The notes under the pieces are model-generated. The model ran no database searches. It was not told the origin of the DNA and saw only the letters and a program-made list of their open reading frames with translations. This document shows positions 63,868 through 64,000 of a DNA stretch of 64,000 bases, in pieces. The position numbers and the translations under genes are program-made. How positions within the stretch are numbered: the stretch's first letter is position 1; each line of letters starts with the position of its first letter. Source of the stretch: Octopus vulgaris (Eukaryota); the NCBI GenBank assembly GCA_951406725.2, contig OX597819.1, positions 76,322,001 to 76,386,000 on the forward strand, written 5' to 3'.

Positions 63868-64000
63868 TACACACACAAACAAACTCACACCTGACATACT
63901 TACGCAGGTACACACATACTTACAAACAAATATGTCTAATTCTCGATTATTCAAAATTCAAGAAGACAACTCTTTTAAAAAGCCTTAAGTTTTCAAATGC

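Overview
AT-rich, microsatellite-saturated eukaryotic DNA. The repeat content ((TA)n/(CA)n/(TCTA)n tracts, tRNA-derived SINEs with internal microsatellites, Penelope-like elements) suggests an invertebrate, probably an octopus or other cephalopod (inference). I see no convincing host gene; most listed ORFs are microsatellite translations. The window is dominated by hammerhead-ribozyme (HHR) retroelements inserted in (TA)n tracts. (1) A near-intact Penelope-like element (49497-55365) has an 820-aa RT + GIY-YIG ORF, most consistent with the Naiad clade, and ~1.6-kb inverted repeats that each carry a type I HHR. (2) A non-coding array of eight ~500-bp units (14280-18310) has an intact type I HHR in every unit, plus a head-to-head inverted partial copy, i.e. 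a retrozyme-like element predicted to yield ~500-nt monomer or circular RNAs. (3) Diverged relatives of that unit lie at 4191-4652 and 34220-34856; the 4191 copy shows compensatory base changes. (4) There is a perfect 532-bp palindrome and several further HHR relics. Also present are CR1/L2-group LINE 3' ends sharing a structured tail with a SINE family, RTE relics, mariner/Tc1 relics, Helitrons and a long-TIR foldback element with a telomere-like core. All structures were read by eye, not computed.
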